64,000 nt of DNA from Akkermansiaceae bacterium (GCA_051251915.1 JBPOGF010000010.1:64001-128000), one strand, 5' to 3'; shown: positions 1-10,041, counted from the stretch's first letter. Made by a program: numbers and translations. The notes: generated from the letters alone by a model not told the origin.

Positions 1-1288
1 GTTGAACTCTCATGCGCTTAGAGACTTCTGAAAACTCAGGGCTTTCGATCAGATTATTCACGTTGTCCGAGTCTTTTGTCATGTCGTAGAGTTCTTCTGT
101 GTATCCTTTAGGGGAGAACCAGCGGGACTCTACTTCTGTGGCTTTACCAGACTTTACGTGCTCATCCCAGGCTTGAGATGCTTTCATTTTCCAGAGGAAG
201 TTCAGCTTCTGCATCCATGGTGTATATGGCATGTAGTTTCTGATGTAGAGGAACTGTTTATCGCACACTGCACGGGAGTTTTCATTTCGCTCATCCATGC
301 GGCTACGGAAGGCAAAGTGGTAGTCATTCTCTGGCTCTGCATTTTCGCCGAGAAAAACGGTGCCTTGCATCACTTTCGGGATGTTAGAGCCAGTCAGGCT
401 CAGCCATGTTTTCGGCATGTCGACAAAACTGACGAGGCGGTCAACCTTTGAACCTGGGTTAGCAGGACGTAGTGCTTTGAATTTCTCTGGGATACGGATC
501 ACGAGTGGTGCGTGCAGTCCGCTTTCAAACAAGTAGCGTTTGCTGCGAGGGAGCACTCCGCCGTGATCAGAGTTGTAGATGACAATGGTGTTTTCCGCGA
601 GTCTGCTCTTCTCCAGCATCTCAAGGGCCTTGCCGACATCGGCGTCCATTCGTTTTACCGCGTCATGATATTTCGCGTAGTTTTTGCGGACGTCCGGAAG
701 ATCTGGGTGGTACTTGCGGAGTTGGGTGTCGGCTGGGTCGTGAATCGTCTTTTCTACATTTCCCTGTGCTCGGCTTTCGTGTGATTCCTTGAAATTGATT
801 ACCTGGAAGAATGGCTGTTTCTTTTTCAAGACCTGCCAATCCACATCGCCTGGGTTATCCCAGCACTCTTTATCTTCACGTCCACCGATATTGTAATCTG
901 TTTTATTGGAATTTCCGGTGTAGTATCCGTTTTTGCGGAGGAGATCAGGATAGTAGGGGATTTTGTCATGCGGAATATCATAGCGGCTGCGCATGGGATG
1001 CGTTCCCATAGAAACAGCATGAACTCCGGTGATCCAGGTGCTGCGTGATGGTGCACAGACAGGAGCATTGGCGTAGGCATGCATGTACTGAAAGCCTTCT
1101 GTCGCTAGGCGATCAATGTTCGGGGTCTCCGCATGTGGGTTGCCGTAGCACCCCACCCAGGTCACATTGTTGTCTTCGCTGGTCAGCCATAAGATATTTG
1201 GCTTTTCGGCAGCTTGACTAGTGAGGTTGCAGAGTGTGAAGGCTGCTAGTGCTCCTAAACTTAGAGAAATTGGCTTGATGGGATTCAT
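1..1288 (-). CDS. Secreted Cys-type sulfatase, 3' end outside the window (not in ORF track)
   Basis: Manual translation from ATG at 1288 (or 1297): MNPIKPISLSLGALAAFTLCNLTSQAAEKPNILWLTSEDNN...NAPVCAPSRSTWITG. This gives a signal peptide, PNILW..ED and the CxPSR formylglycine motif. Confidence 0.9.
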   Translation of the reverse strand, partial: MNPIKPISLSLGALAAFTLCNLTSQAAEKPNILWLTSEDNNVTWVGCYGNPHAETPNIDRLATEGFQYMHAYANAPVCAPSRSTWITGVHAVSMGTHPMRSRYDIPHDKIPYYPDLLRKNGYYTGNSNKTDYNIGGREDKECWDNPGDVDWQVLKKKQPFFQVINFKESHESRAQGNVEKTIHDPADTQLRKYHPDLPDVRKNYAKYHDAVKRMDADVGKALEMLEKSRLAENTIVIYNSDHGGVLPRSKRYLFESGLHAPLVIRIPEKFKALRPANPGSKVDRLVSFVDMPKTWLSLTGSNIPKVMQGTVFLGENAEPENDYHFAFRSRMDERNENSRAVCDKQFLYIRNYMPYTPWMQKLNFLWKMKASQAWDEHVKSGKATEVESRWFSPKGYTEELYDMTKDSDNVNNLIESPEFSEVSKRMRVQ

Positions 1289-1314
1289 TGGTAACATGTG
1301 TTGTAGGGTATCGA

Positions 1315-2793
1315 TTATTTCTGTAGTTCGAAAGCTCCGATGTCTGCTTTGCCTGGTTCAATAGGATTCTTCAGAATATCGATGGTCCCAGCATTCTTGA
1401 TGATTACGCTGGCGTCGATGAGTGGAGAGTTGGGTTTGAGTTGGTAGCCACGCAGTGCATCCATCGTTGTCAGATCGATATCGTAACCGACTTTGCCAGG
1501 CTGAACAAACATAGGATCAGCGACGATGGGTTTCTTGTCTGATGGGTGCGGTTTAATATTATGATACACATTATTGTTAAATAGGGTGTTGATGCCTTTT
1601 GCTTTTCGTCCCCATTCCCCTTTTTCTTCAAAGTAGAAGATATTGTTTTCAAAGGTGGTATTTATTGGAGTTCTTCCTTCCACAAAAACTTCCGAATGCA
1701 GACCTTTACCAACATAGTGTGTGTTGTTATAGATATGGACATTCTCTGCATTTTTATTCCGATCAAAACCGTAGAAGTAAAGACCGTGTTTATCATTCTG
1801 GCTGACGTTGTATCGAATGTATACATTTCTCGTCGGTCTTTTCATGATCCCGCAGAACCAGAGGTTATCATGGCTGTAGTTGTATTGAATGTAGGTATTG
1901 ATGCAGTTGTAGTCGGCATCGAAACCACCACGATCCGATTCGCCTCCGCCATCTTTATTTTCCGTATCACCCACATTTCCGTAGGCTTCGTTATACTGCA
2001 TTTTTATCCCGTCTGTATTGAAACAGAAGATACTGTGTCCCGTATCGCGGCGGCTGCTATTGGCGAGAATGTTGTGCTCATAGATCGCGTCCTTACTACA
2101 GCGCGCAATGATATTATTCCGCCCCGTAGTGTCTACTCGATTGCCTGCTACATAGACATTAGTCCAAAGGTTCTCTGCTTCATAGCTATCCTTTAGCAGC
2201 TTCACACCGCCACAGGAGGAGGTATTTCCTATCCCTACTCCACCGATGTGCTCCACTTGGTTGTTGGTAATACGCAGGTCGTCGAACTTTGATTTCTTCA
2301 CCTTATTCATGTGCACATGGATGCCGCCACGCTTTTTCCCAGCAACCATTCCATTCACGTGGTGCACATGGCAGTCGTTGATATAGACATGCCGATAAGT
2401 CCCTTCCTTTCTCTCAACTAGCACATAGATACCAAAGAGAGTGCCTTGATCAGTATCTGTGCCATCTGTATTAGTAATTTCCAGACTATGCACCTCCCAA
2501 TAGGAAGGGTTCTTCAGCATCACTCCAGCCAAGTTCTTGCCCTTAGCATTAATCACTGGCCGCTTACCTGAACCATAGGCACCGATGCGGATTGGAGACT
2601 CTTCTTCTCCATTCCCCTTCGGCGCCAGCATGCCGGTGAACGTCATACCTCGTTTTAGCAAGATGCTATCGCCAGCCTGCAATGTAATAGTGCTGATAAA
2701 GTCGAATTTCTTTTGCGAGTCGACTTGATAGTCCCTCGCTAGACAAACTACTGGAAGGAATGCCAAAAGAGCTATTATAGATAGAATTTTCAT
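1315..2793 (-). CDS. Secreted right-handed parallel beta-helix protein, probable polysaccharide-active enzyme
   Basis: Signal peptide; GDSILLKRG and PIRIGAYGSG N-terminal motifs; Asn-ladder repeats (IYNNT, FENNIF); C-terminal DIGAFE. Confidence 0.8.
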   Translation of the reverse strand: MKILSIIALLAFLPVVCLARDYQVDSQKKFDFISTITLQAGDSILLKRGMTFTGMLAPKGNGEEESPIRIGAYGSGKRPVINAKGKNLAGVMLKNPSYWEVHSLEITNTDGTDTDQGTLFGIYVLVERKEGTYRHVYINDCHVHHVNGMVAGKKRGGIHVHMNKVKKSKFDDLRITNNQVEHIGGVGIGNTSSCGGVKLLKDSYEAENLWTNVYVAGNRVDTTGRNNIIARCSKDAIYEHNILANSSRRDTGHSIFCFNTDGIKMQYNEAYGNVGDTENKDGGGESDRGGFDADYNCINTYIQYNYSHDNLWFCGIMKRPTRNVYIRYNVSQNDKHGLYFYGFDRNKNAENVHIYNNTHYVGKGLHSEVFVEGRTPINTTFENNIFYFEEKGEWGRKAKGINTLFNNNVYHNIKPHPSDKKPIVADPMFVQPGKVGYDIDLTTMDALRGYQLKPNSPLIDASVIIKNAGTIDILKNPIEPGKADIGAFELQK

Positions 2794-2841
2794 TAAATTT
2801 AAGTAAAGTGATGCGTGTAGTATATGATAGAAAAGGTGAAA

Positions 2842-2868
2842 AGGGCTATCGAAAAATTCGATAGCCCT
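2842..2868 (-). terminator. Intrinsic terminator after PEP-CTERM gene 1
   Basis: Perfect 12-bp stem AGGGCTATCGAA-aaa-TTCGATAGCCCT followed by a T-rich tract on the minus strand. Confidence 0.75.
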
Positions 2869-2918
2869 GAAATTTGACTGGTGTTTTTAGCCTGTAAAAG
2901 TTCGCACCGATGAGATGA

Positions 2919-3683
2919 CTAACGTCGACGACGAAGGATCAAAGTAAGACCTCCGAGACCGAGTAGAGCAGTACTGCTTGGCTCTGGAACAACAGCGGCA
3001 AAAGCGACTGCAACTGATCCATCATTTAAGCTAGTGCCTATACGATTCCACTCTGTTGCATGTGTCCCCGCACCAACTGTAGCATATGCGCTCGTAATCG
3101 TGCCTGTATCTCCATCAGTATTGTCACCCGTTAAATCGACTGCCACCACATTGCCTAGAGGTCCACTTGCAATCGTTGGTGTGCCGTCGTCATTTGAGCC
3201 ATACCATTCGACGATAAATGAACTAGATGCAGTCGTTGTTAATGAAGTGTTCGGATCAGCACCATCCTGTAGTGATGTGTCAAGTATCGGAGTGACACCT
3301 GTATCTACTCCTGAGAGTTCGTATAAGGTGTAGCCAAATTCGTTGGTTTGATTTGTAAATGTGATAGAGAAATCAGTACCAGTAGGATTCAGCCAGTAAG
3401 CCATGCGAGTTCTACTTCTAGTCTCATCTCCATTATTTATTACGTCAGCAGCAACTCCACCAAAACTAATTGAACTTATCTCGTGGCTCCCAGAGTCAGT
3501 GTAAAAACCAATCGCAAGGGCATTACCTGCGCCGAGAGTGTAGTTAATCGTCTGGGCAGAAGTTGAAGAATTACCAACTCCAGACACCGAGTTAACGATC
3601 GCTATTGCTCCGTGTGAGTTGAGAGCCAGAGCACATATTGCTCCGGCAGTAAGGGTTCTTTTTTTTGTGATTTTGTAGTTCAT
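2919..3683 (-). CDS. PEP-CTERM sorting-domain surface protein 1
   Basis: Signal peptide; Thr/Ser/Gly-rich body; C-terminus VPEPSSTALLGLGGLTLILRRRR. Confidence 0.95.
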   Translation of the reverse strand: MNYKITKKRTLTAGAICALALNSHGAIAIVNSVSGVGNSSTSAQTINYTLGAGNALAIGFYTDSGSHEISSISFGGVAADVINNGDETRSRTRMAYWLNPTGTDFSITFTNQTNEFGYTLYELSGVDTGVTPILDTSLQDGADPNTSLTTTASSSFIVEWYGSNDDGTPTIASGPLGNVVAVDLTGDNTDGDTGTITSAYATVGAGTHATEWNRIGTSLNDGSVAVAFAAVVPEPSSTALLGLGGLTLILRRRR

Positions 3684-3774
3684 AATATGATGGTTTTTAG
3701 ATTAAGAGTATTCAATCAACCTTGGGCGTGTCCATAAATTGATTCCTGCAGGTTAGCATGCTTCCTTTTCATAT

Positions 3775-3803
3775 ACTTATCCTTGATTCAGGAAAACCTG
3801 CCG
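3775..3803 (-). promoter_or_regulatory. Putative ECF sigma promoter, copy 1, for PEP-CTERM gene 1
   Basis: Minus strand CGGCAGG-TTTTCCTGAATCAA-GGATAAGT; the motif recurs at 8012, 9986 and 10042. Confidence 0.7.
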
Positions 3804-3869
3804 TAATTTATAGAAAAAAATGGCAGTTTGTATTTAGCTCTTCAGAGTAGACGATCAGAGTGCCTCTAT

Positions 3870-4544
3870 TCATTCCTTCAGCCATCCTGTGAATTCATCG
3901 ATGGAGCGATAGGTGGGAGAGCCAGTGGCTGGGTTTTTATAGAGGAATACGAATGCGCGCTTGTTCTCAAAGTATGGCCATAGGCTGGCCGCGAAGAGTT
4001 TCGGTTTGCCGTCCTTAAGCTTAAAGAAACGCACCTGATAGTTCGCGAGTTCTCCTTTGCGCTGTGGTCTGAAGATGGTTCTACTCCCAGGTAAGAAGCT
4101 CAGTTTTTTCTCTCCCAGTTGTGCTGCAAAGGTTTCATTAGCGAGATTCATAATCATGATCTGGCTCGGTCGGAAGGTAGGGTCGTCAGCGCGCACAACG
4201 ACTGCTTTGAGTGCTCCTTCCTTAGCCGGAAGCACTAACACTAGAAAGCGTTTACCGACCTCAGGAAGTTTTATAGTAGCAAGGTTTTTGAAGGTTTCAG
4301 CATCCAGGCTACCCAATGCAATTTCGCGCCCTTTCGCTGGGGCAGTGATGGGGGTGGAGAAGCCGTTATTGGGTATAGCGAAGAGTTGCGTGCGCTTTTC
4401 CTTAGCGGCTAGAATGTATTTACCGCCAATATCTTTTACTCCAAACGAAGTGAAGCGAAGCTGGATGTCATTACTTGACTTTTTTTCCTGAGCCATGGAG
4501 GGCACCTGAAAAAAGAAGAGGAGAATGAGAATGATTTTATTCAT
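3870..4544 (-). CDS. Secreted hypothetical protein, companion of the large pilin-like protein (homolog of 31856-32557)
   Basis: Signal peptide; starts 5 bp after the upstream stop; shares the D...F.....(I/F)(M/I)NL.....A.(L/I) pattern with the 31856 protein. Confidence 0.75.
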   Translation of the reverse strand: MNKIILILLFFFQVPSMAQEKKSSNDIQLRFTSFGVKDIGGKYILAAKEKRTQLFAIPNNGFSTPITAPAKGREIALGSLDAETFKNLATIKLPEVGKRFLVLVLPAKEGALKAVVVRADDPTFRPSQIMIMNLANETFAAQLGEKKLSFLPGSRTIFRPQRKGELANYQVRFFKLKDGKPKLFAASLWPYFENKRAFVFLYKNPATGSPTYRSIDEFTGWLKE

Positions 4545-4549
4545 AAAAA

Positions 4550-7500
4550 TTAGGGTTCATTTTTTCCTAACCAACGAAAGGAAACGATGACGAACTTACG
4601 ACCTAAGCGCTGGTTCACCTCACTAGTCAACGCGCTTGGCAGGACGTGACTCTCGTCTGCCGGATCAACATAGTCAGCTGTTCTTTGAATAACAGCCTCA
4701 CAACGAGCGCTAGCCAGCAACTGACCACTCTGGCTGCGAGACTCACCGTAAGCGCGCACGGTAAAGGTATCGGAGCGTGGGGTGAAGCGCGATCCGAGAG
4801 TCGTAAGAATATCTCCCTGTTTGACATGACCTGGCACGTGAGTCATCTGCGATCCAGAATCCGCCTCGGGGAATGCGATTCCAGATGAAGCAGTAATAGA
4901 ACTACGAGAGCCGCTTTCGAGCTTCTTGTTGATGCTCAAATTTAGAGCGGACTGCAATGCACCCGATGAAGCGAGTTCCGTATCAGTGCCCAAGCGGCGA
5001 TTCACGAAGTCTCCTAGCGAAAGAAAGGGTCCACGTTTTCTAACCTCCGCCACCATAGCCTCCGCCAACTCCTTAAGTTCTGTATCGGAGGGATCACGAT
5101 AGCCTGTCCATTGATTCTCCAATGACGGGTCATCAAGGTCATCTTCCGAGACTGCTGAGCCTTTCGGGATAAGTAGGCTGGCTATAGGATTATTTGCGCT
5201 TTCCCAGTCGCTACTAGTGCCTCCACTGGACTCTACTGGAACCTTCAGACCGTGGGTGGAGCGAAACATCGCTAGCCACGCTGCGGGATCAGTTGAATTG
5301 ATATTGAATGCGCCATGGATTCTGAGCAATGACGCTATTTTCAGGTGAGCATCACTTTTAGGAACCGTGCCGTCAAAGAGCATGTCGGCATCTGCCTCGG
5401 GATCGCTACCTGCATAACTATAGTGACGGTTTGGCAAAAGCTGTGCTTCTCCGTTTAGTCCAACCAAACGATCAAAGAGGCTGCGAGCCGTCCCTGCGAG
5501 GTCTCCGGTATGGTGCGGAGCATTGCGTTCGGCCAGTGAGGACACAAACCACTGGTCCCATAAGGCATCGTTCGCAAGCCAAGAGTGATCGACTGCTGGC
5601 ATGCCATTGAAGGACCCTGTGTTTTGATCCTGCTCGATACAGGGTGGAGCAAATGAGTTACCAATTGCGTGCATGACAGCAGGCTGCAGGATGCGGTTGT
5701 GAAATCTAGCACTGTTGTATTTGACCTTTACAAGATCATGCTCAACTCCATTGGCCAGCGCGTGCTGAAAGTGACCCAGTGAAATCGGGCGTTCCCGAGA
5801 AACCGAGTGGGTGACAATATAGGATTGCCCGATATCAGCCTTGTAGGAGGCGCCGAAATAGCCCTTTCCAGTATCATAGTCGAAGCCCCGATCCAAGCCA
5901 CCACTGATCGGTTGCATGAGTGGTTCGTATGGAAGGGTATGCATGGTATTTGGATCAGTAGCCTGATGATCGAAACCCATCGCAGAGGGGCTCAGACGAG
6001 CTAAATATCGCGACTTTAGGGAGCCTTCTTTCTCGGTTCTCGCTAAGTAGGAAAATAGGGCGAGTGGCTGGGGTATTGTAAGGTTGGCTGCAGAAGAAAA
6101 AGTCTTGTCAGGAACACTGGAGAACATCCCCGAGGGGAAGTCCGCGGCGGCTAGTTCGTCGTCCCAGCCGAAGCGGTCGATCCCTAGCCCCCCGACCCAG
6201 TGACGGTCCGAGTCACTGGTTCCCAAGAAACTGAAAAATTCGACAAGTCCCCATTTATCAGCTCCCCTTTGAGCTGAGCGATTCATCGATATGGTGACTG
6301 GACTTACATCATTGATCAGCAGTCCAGTATCGAGGGAAAACCCTCCAGTGCCAGACCATCCCGGCTTACCTTCGAAAGTAGAGTAATCTTCGGTAGGTGT
6401 CGCGGCTTGTCGTCCCCGGCTGTATATCTGCACCTCGCCCGGACGCATCACGACAGGCGTATTTTGACCGATTTCCATACTAATCATATTGTTATCATCT
6501 GATCTAACCTCATTGAAGTGAACTGTCTTGTTCACGTCTCCGGTTTTGATCGTAATGTCGTACGGTAAGCCCCAACAGCGGGTGGTCAAGTGACCGCCAG
6601 GCTGCATAATAAGGTTTGCATCAAAAGGATTCCAGAGCCAAATAATCGGTTCGATAACAATGTAAATTTTGTAGGATGGAGTATCAATGGTACCCACATT
6701 ACGAGAATAGGCAGATATATGCCAAGATGCCCTTAGCACAACTGGTCGAAGGTAGGCAAAAAATGTATCGTTCGCCGCAGCTATTTTATCATCCTTTCCT
6801 ACCAGGGAGGGAACATCATTATTGAGACTGCCACCGTCTGCGTGGGAAAAACTGGAGGTATCATAAGTAAGTCGAGTACTGACTTCATGAAAGTCTCTTA
6901 GCTCCTTGAAATTGATTCCGCGGCGGTCACCATGTTGATAAAGGGCGACGGCACTATCACCTGACGCAGGATCTTGCAGATGTAGACTCAGGTCTTTTCG
7001 GAAGCCACCGTTACGAACATCAGTGAGAAGCCCCTCGGACCATACCGTGTAGGATCTGAGATCGTCCTTGCTAGCAGTTTCGCTGAGTGGGATAAGATCC
7101 ACTGACTGTCCAGAGGCGATCAGCTCCAGCGCAGCATCACTGCGTGGCACAGATTCCATACCCAGCAATGCGCCATGTCCGACAGGTGGTGATTGCCAGC
7201 GGCTGAGATGATCGGCGAGATCTTCACGCTCAGATTCCAAGGCGCCGCCGAGTCGAGCCTTGGAATTCTCATCAATAACTGTATATGCATAGCCTCCATT
7301 ATCTAGCTCGATTAGAGGAGCGGAAAGCTTAACTGAAGACTGATCACCCATCAAGGTAACCAAATCGGAAGCGGTTGATGGAAAAGATGGATCTCCGAGG
7401 CTTGCCGGATTACCTGAGACCAACCAACTGCGAAATTCTGGTTCAGGCCGTTTTTCAGTCTCAGCAGACCAGCTTTCCCAAGTTCCAATCCAGTGCTTAC

Positions 7501-7903
7501 GGCTATCGGTCAGCCCGCTGTCCACCAGATCAGCGGAGGCATTGATTCGCTGATCTGGGCCAAGTTCACGCTGTAATTTCCCCATGGCTAGCATGAGGGC
7601 CATGCGGGCATTTGCCTGTGCCTCGGAGTGAGCTTGCTCCAGCGATGTAGTGCGCTGACTGAGCGATGACAAACTCAGCATGCCCACCGCGAGGATGAAA
7701 AGAAGCGTCATGGACAAGATCGTAGAGATTAGAGCAAAGCCGCCAGAGCTACGAGTTTGGAAGCTAGATGAGCCCAAAAATTTAGATGATCCAGATGGAG
7801 GTCTGTCAACTCTGCATGCTGAGATAGTTTCAGGTTGCCAGGAAGCGGACTCACCAACCATCTTCTTAAGCGTTTTCTCAGAAATGGATTGGTTAGGCTT
7901 CAT
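4550..7903 (-). CDS. Large PilX/GspK-like pilin-type protein (Verru_Chthon cassette protein A-like), copy 1
   Basis: Class III-like signal G|FALISTILSMTLLFILAVGMLSLS, then AQANARMALMLAMGKLQRELGPDQR; C-terminal RGPFLSLGDFVNR, RSDTFTVRAYG, CEAVIQR, GRKFVIVSFRWL. Confidence 0.8.
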   Translation of the reverse strand: MKPNQSISEKTLKKMVGESASWQPETISACRVDRPPSGSSKFLGSSSFQTRSSGGFALISTILSMTLLFILAVGMLSLSSLSQRTTSLEQAHSEAQANARMALMLAMGKLQRELGPDQRINASADLVDSGLTDSRKHWIGTWESWSAETEKRPEPEFRSWLVSGNPASLGDPSFPSTASDLVTLMGDQSSVKLSAPLIELDNGGYAYTVIDENSKARLGGALESEREDLADHLSRWQSPPVGHGALLGMESVPRSDAALELIASGQSVDLIPLSETASKDDLRSYTVWSEGLLTDVRNGGFRKDLSLHLQDPASGDSAVALYQHGDRRGINFKELRDFHEVSTRLTYDTSSFSHADGGSLNNDVPSLVGKDDKIAAANDTFFAYLRPVVLRASWHISAYSRNVGTIDTPSYKIYIVIEPIIWLWNPFDANLIMQPGGHLTTRCWGLPYDITIKTGDVNKTVHFNEVRSDDNNMISMEIGQNTPVVMRPGEVQIYSRGRQAATPTEDYSTFEGKPGWSGTGGFSLDTGLLINDVSPVTISMNRSAQRGADKWGLVEFFSFLGTSDSDRHWVGGLGIDRFGWDDELAAADFPSGMFSSVPDKTFSSAANLTIPQPLALFSYLARTEKEGSLKSRYLARLSPSAMGFDHQATDPNTMHTLPYEPLMQPISGGLDRGFDYDTGKGYFGASYKADIGQSYIVTHSVSRERPISLGHFQHALANGVEHDLVKVKYNSARFHNRILQPAVMHAIGNSFAPPCIEQDQNTGSFNGMPAVDHSWLANDALWDQWFVSSLAERNAPHHTGDLAGTARSLFDRLVGLNGEAQLLPNRHYSYAGSDPEADADMLFDGTVPKSDAHLKIASLLRIHGAFNINSTDPAAWLAMFRSTHGLKVPVESSGGTSSDWESANNPIASLLIPKGSAVSEDDLDDPSLENQWTGYRDPSDTELKELAEAMVAEVRKRGPFLSLGDFVNRRLGTDTELASSGALQSALNLSINKKLESGSRSSITASSGIAFPEADSGSQMTHVPGHVKQGDILTTLGSRFTPRSDTFTVRAYGESRSQSGQLLASARCEAVIQRTADYVDPADESHVLPSALTSEVNQRLGRKFVIVSFRWLGKNEP

Positions 7904-8011
7904 TAATTTCGATTTATTACTATTCTAATGTTTAGATACAGGGCTGTTCTAATGAAATTCACTAGTGGGGTACACACAGGTGTCACCATAACGAAACGTC
8001 GTGTTTCATCC

Positions 8012-8040
8012 ACTTATCCGTTATCTAGGAAAACCTGCCG
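8012..8040 (-). promoter_or_regulatory. Putative ECF sigma promoter, copy 2, for the pilin-like gene
   Basis: Minus strand CGGCAGG-TTTTCCTAGATAAC-GGATAAGT, nearly identical to copy 1. Confidence 0.7.
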
Positions 8041-8080
8041 TTTAAATCGAAAAAATTGGAGGTAAGACCAATAAAACCGA

Positions 8081-9433
8081 TCATTCCTTCATGATCAGTT
8101 CTAGAGTTGGACCCGCTGCTTCGCGGTGTTGGCTGGAGGCAAATCCGTGAATCATGGTATTGCCCGGTGTTTGACAGTGAATAATGAAACCAACTTCTCC
8201 GCTCTGGTCTGCTTTCAGGAAAGCAAGTAATTCCGGAGTTTCCAAAACGACTGCAGTCCGCAAGTTAGCACGTGGAATGGGAAACGTTGCAAGTATGGGC
8301 GAGCCCTCTAGTTTCGGGGCATCCTTCTTCAGCAACCCAGTGCTTGCCCAATTCTCACGCTTGTCATCAGGAATTCCGTAAATGCCGAACTCGCTCACTA
8401 CTGGCATGTTTGAGCTCACTCCTACTTTTGTCGGCACCGAATTAAGGATCAAGCGGGCTTGAGCCACCTGATCGAGATCCACTCCTGAAACGTCGAAAGC
8501 GATTAATGCTTTGCGATCAAAATAGGCATTCGCCCTGTTCTCGGTGTTTTTTACCATCAGGAAGTCAGTTCGCAGCGTTTCCCGCAGCTTGCGGTGAGCG
8601 ACTGTCGCTTCTCTGCCATTAGTTCTGAGTATCACCAAAGCTTCACTTGTTTCGAGCCCATCTTCCGATGTCGGATCGAGGTTTAAATGAATGCTTTTCT
8701 CATCCATACTTGCAGTTTCTTCGGTTACCAAGTGCTTCACACTACCGTCATTGTGATGTAGCGCGATTTCTCCCTCTTCAACGGTCAGCCTCGACTTTCC
8801 TTGATTCTCACCGATCGACAGAGAAAACCGAGTACCTAGATCTACCACTTTCCCATGTCGGGTAGTCACCTGGAAGCCAATGGCCTGTTCTGGTACCGAG
8901 AATGAGGCATTTCCATAATCGAATATGATCTCCATGTCAGTGACTACTTCGATTCGAGCAGGGCCTTCCAAGACCATCTCTGCGCCAGAATGAAAGCCCA
9001 TTGTCACAATTCCGGTGCGAAGCGTGTAAACACCGGGGGAGAACTCAGCTCCATCGATGGTGGAATTCTCACTCTGCCAACCGGCCAACTCACTAGACAG
9101 AATAACTCCAACCGAGGTTGGTTTTTCTGTAGGTTTTTCCTGCCCAATCCAGAAGAAGAGGGCTGCACATGCCGCCAATGAACCGATGAAGACGAGCTGC
9201 CTTAGTGATTTCTCACGTGAAGGAGGAAATACAATGTCTTGGGGAAGTTGACTAGGAACTTCGTGTTCTTGTAAGGCTATTTTACGGAGTGAGGACTCAG
9301 TCATAGCCACTTGTAAATATTGTGTTCTGAGCTCTGAGTCAGCGAGCATGCGTCTTTCTAGTTCAGCGATCTGTTCGTCGCTGGCACGTTCTTGAAAATA
9401 AAGATCTAGAAGTTCCTGGTCTGATTTTTTCAT
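8081..9433 (-). CDS. FecR-family anti-sigma factor with C-terminal DNRLRE/CBM96-like domain
   Basis: N-terminal anti-sigma helix; one TM segment; FecR motifs (SGAEMVLEGPA, GFQVTT, VVDLGTRF, VEEGEI); C-terminal RKALIAFDVS...FASSQ...PTLEL; 4-bp overlap with the sigma gene. Confidence 0.85.
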   Translation of the reverse strand: MKKSDQELLDLYFQERASDEQIAELERRMLADSELRTQYLQVAMTESSLRKIALQEHEVPSQLPQDIVFPPSREKSLRQLVFIGSLAACAALFFWIGQEKPTEKPTSVGVILSSELAGWQSENSTIDGAEFSPGVYTLRTGIVTMGFHSGAEMVLEGPARIEVVTDMEIIFDYGNASFSVPEQAIGFQVTTRHGKVVDLGTRFSLSIGENQGKSRLTVEEGEIALHHNDGSVKHLVTEETASMDEKSIHLNLDPTSEDGLETSEALVILRTNGREATVAHRKLRETLRTDFLMVKNTENRANAYFDRKALIAFDVSGVDLDQVAQARLILNSVPTKVGVSSNMPVVSEFGIYGIPDDKRENWASTGLLKKDAPKLEGSPILATFPIPRANLRTAVVLETPELLAFLKADQSGEVGFIIHCQTPGNTMIHGFASSQHREAAGPTLELIMKE

Positions 9434-9978
9434 GAGCTTAGAGGGGGTGTCATTTTGGCTTCAACACAGTTGCGGAGTCGCTCGCGAAGTCGGCCTATTT
9501 TTTTGTAAAGGGAGTTTGCTGAGGTGTTTGTGAGCGTGGCGAGTTCTTTGATTCGGCCGTGTTCAAGATAGGGAGCCAGAACCAACTCTCGTTCCGTGTT
9601 CTTCATGGCTTCCAAGCAACCTGTCAATGCTAAATGGCGTAGGTGATTCTCGGGTTCGTTAAATTTCTCGGCTTCATCAGCTAGTAGGGAGATCAGTTCA
9701 CTGCTAAAGACGGTTCCTGTTTTCTTCTTCTGCTCATGATAACGGTAGCAATGAAATCGGATAATCACTTTACCCCAGGGAAGGAATCCTTCCTTGGACT
9801 TTAGCTGGCCTAACTTTTGCCACATGATCACGCTGGTATCTTGGAAGACATCGTCCACGGTATTCCAATCAGGCAGTAGGCTACGGGCGAAGGCACGCAA
9901 CGCGTTTTCGTGTTGCAGCAAAAGACGCACAAACTCAGCTTCTGATAGGTTTAATCGATTGTCTGCTTCTTGATCCAT
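9430..9978 (-). CDS. ECF RNA polymerase sigma factor (Rhodopirellula/Verrucomicrobium type)
   Basis: 182 aa; region 2 (LRAFARSLL, DDVFQDT..IMWQK, FLPW) and region 4 (SLYKKIGRLRERLRNCV). Confidence 0.9.
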   Translation of the reverse strand: MDQEADNRLNLSEAEFVRLLLQHENALRAFARSLLPDWNTVDDVFQDTSVIMWQKLGQLKSKEGFLPWGKVIIRFHCYRYHEQKKKTGTVFSSELISLLADEAEKFNEPENHLRHLALTGCLEAMKNTERELVLAPYLEHGRIKELATLTNTSANSLYKKIGRLRERLRNCVEAKMTPPLSS

Positions 9979-9985
9979 GGTACAT

Positions 9986-10015
9986 TCTTATCCTCATTAA
10001 AGCTCAAACCTGCCA
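9986..10015 (-). promoter_or_regulatory. Putative ECF autoregulatory promoter, copy 3 (near-leaderless)
   Basis: Minus strand TGGCAGG-N15-GGATAAGA, ending 7 nt before the sigma ATG. Confidence 0.65.
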
Positions 10016-10041
10016 CTAGTTTTTGATTTTTTCGCTAAATG

